Shown here in pieces: positions 63,914 through 64,000 of a DNA stretch of 64,000 nucleotides. Each line of letters begins with the position of its first letter. The stretch's first letter is position 1. A program made the translations under genes and the position numbers. The stretch spans positions 107,198,001-107,262,000 of the forward strand of contig NC_073378.1 in the NCBI RefSeq assembly GCF_028641065.1, read 5' to 3'. The notes below the pieces were generated by a model. That model was not told the origin of the DNA, did not search any database, and saw only the letters and a program-made list of their open reading frames with translations. This DNA comes from Leucoraja erinacea (Eukaryota).

Positions 63914-64000
63914 TGCCCCTGTCCCACTTAGGAAACCTGAATGGAAACCTCTGGTGACCTTGCGCCCCACCAAAGGTTTCCATGAGGTTTCTGGAGGTTT
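63914..64000. mobile_element. Harbinger-type MITE family C, second copy (runs off the window)
   Basis: TTA|TGCCCCTGTCCCACTTAGGAAACCTGAATGGAAACCTC. Confidence 0.85.

Noticed and set aside
54083-64000. Upstream GABBR2 exon (CDNAKGLKAF...WNLVQ), including ORF 62700..62894 as a candidate
   Set aside because: No matching peptide seen. The next downstream exon (GQV.FRNGER) was also not seen in 1-2607; both are probably outside the window.

Overview
Vertebrate genomic DNA; the repeat content (HE1-like V-SINEs, CR1/HER1-like LINEs, Penelope-derived repeats) suggests a cartilaginous fish, probably a skate or ray (inference). The only host gene found is on the minus strand: five phase-0 coding exons (53912-54082, 11845-11946, 8912-8977, 3136-3324, 2608-2844) encoding part of the Venus-flytrap domain of a GABA-B receptor subunit 2 family protein, equivalent to human GABBR2 exons 3-7. 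One intron is about 42 kb. The peptide is divergent enough to suggest a second GABBR2 paralog. The rest is intronic and transposon-rich: a young CR1 LINE with an uninterrupted 994-aa ORF2, many CR1, Rex1/Babar and Tx1 fragments, Neptune-type Penelope elements whose termini carry minimal hammerhead-ribozyme motifs, a deleted Tc1, Harbinger-type MITEs, Helitron-like elements, a Gypsy pol relic, a solo LTR and a GC-rich minisatellite-bearing retroposon. Exon, TSD and TIR coordinates were counted directly; boundaries of degraded repeats are approximate.
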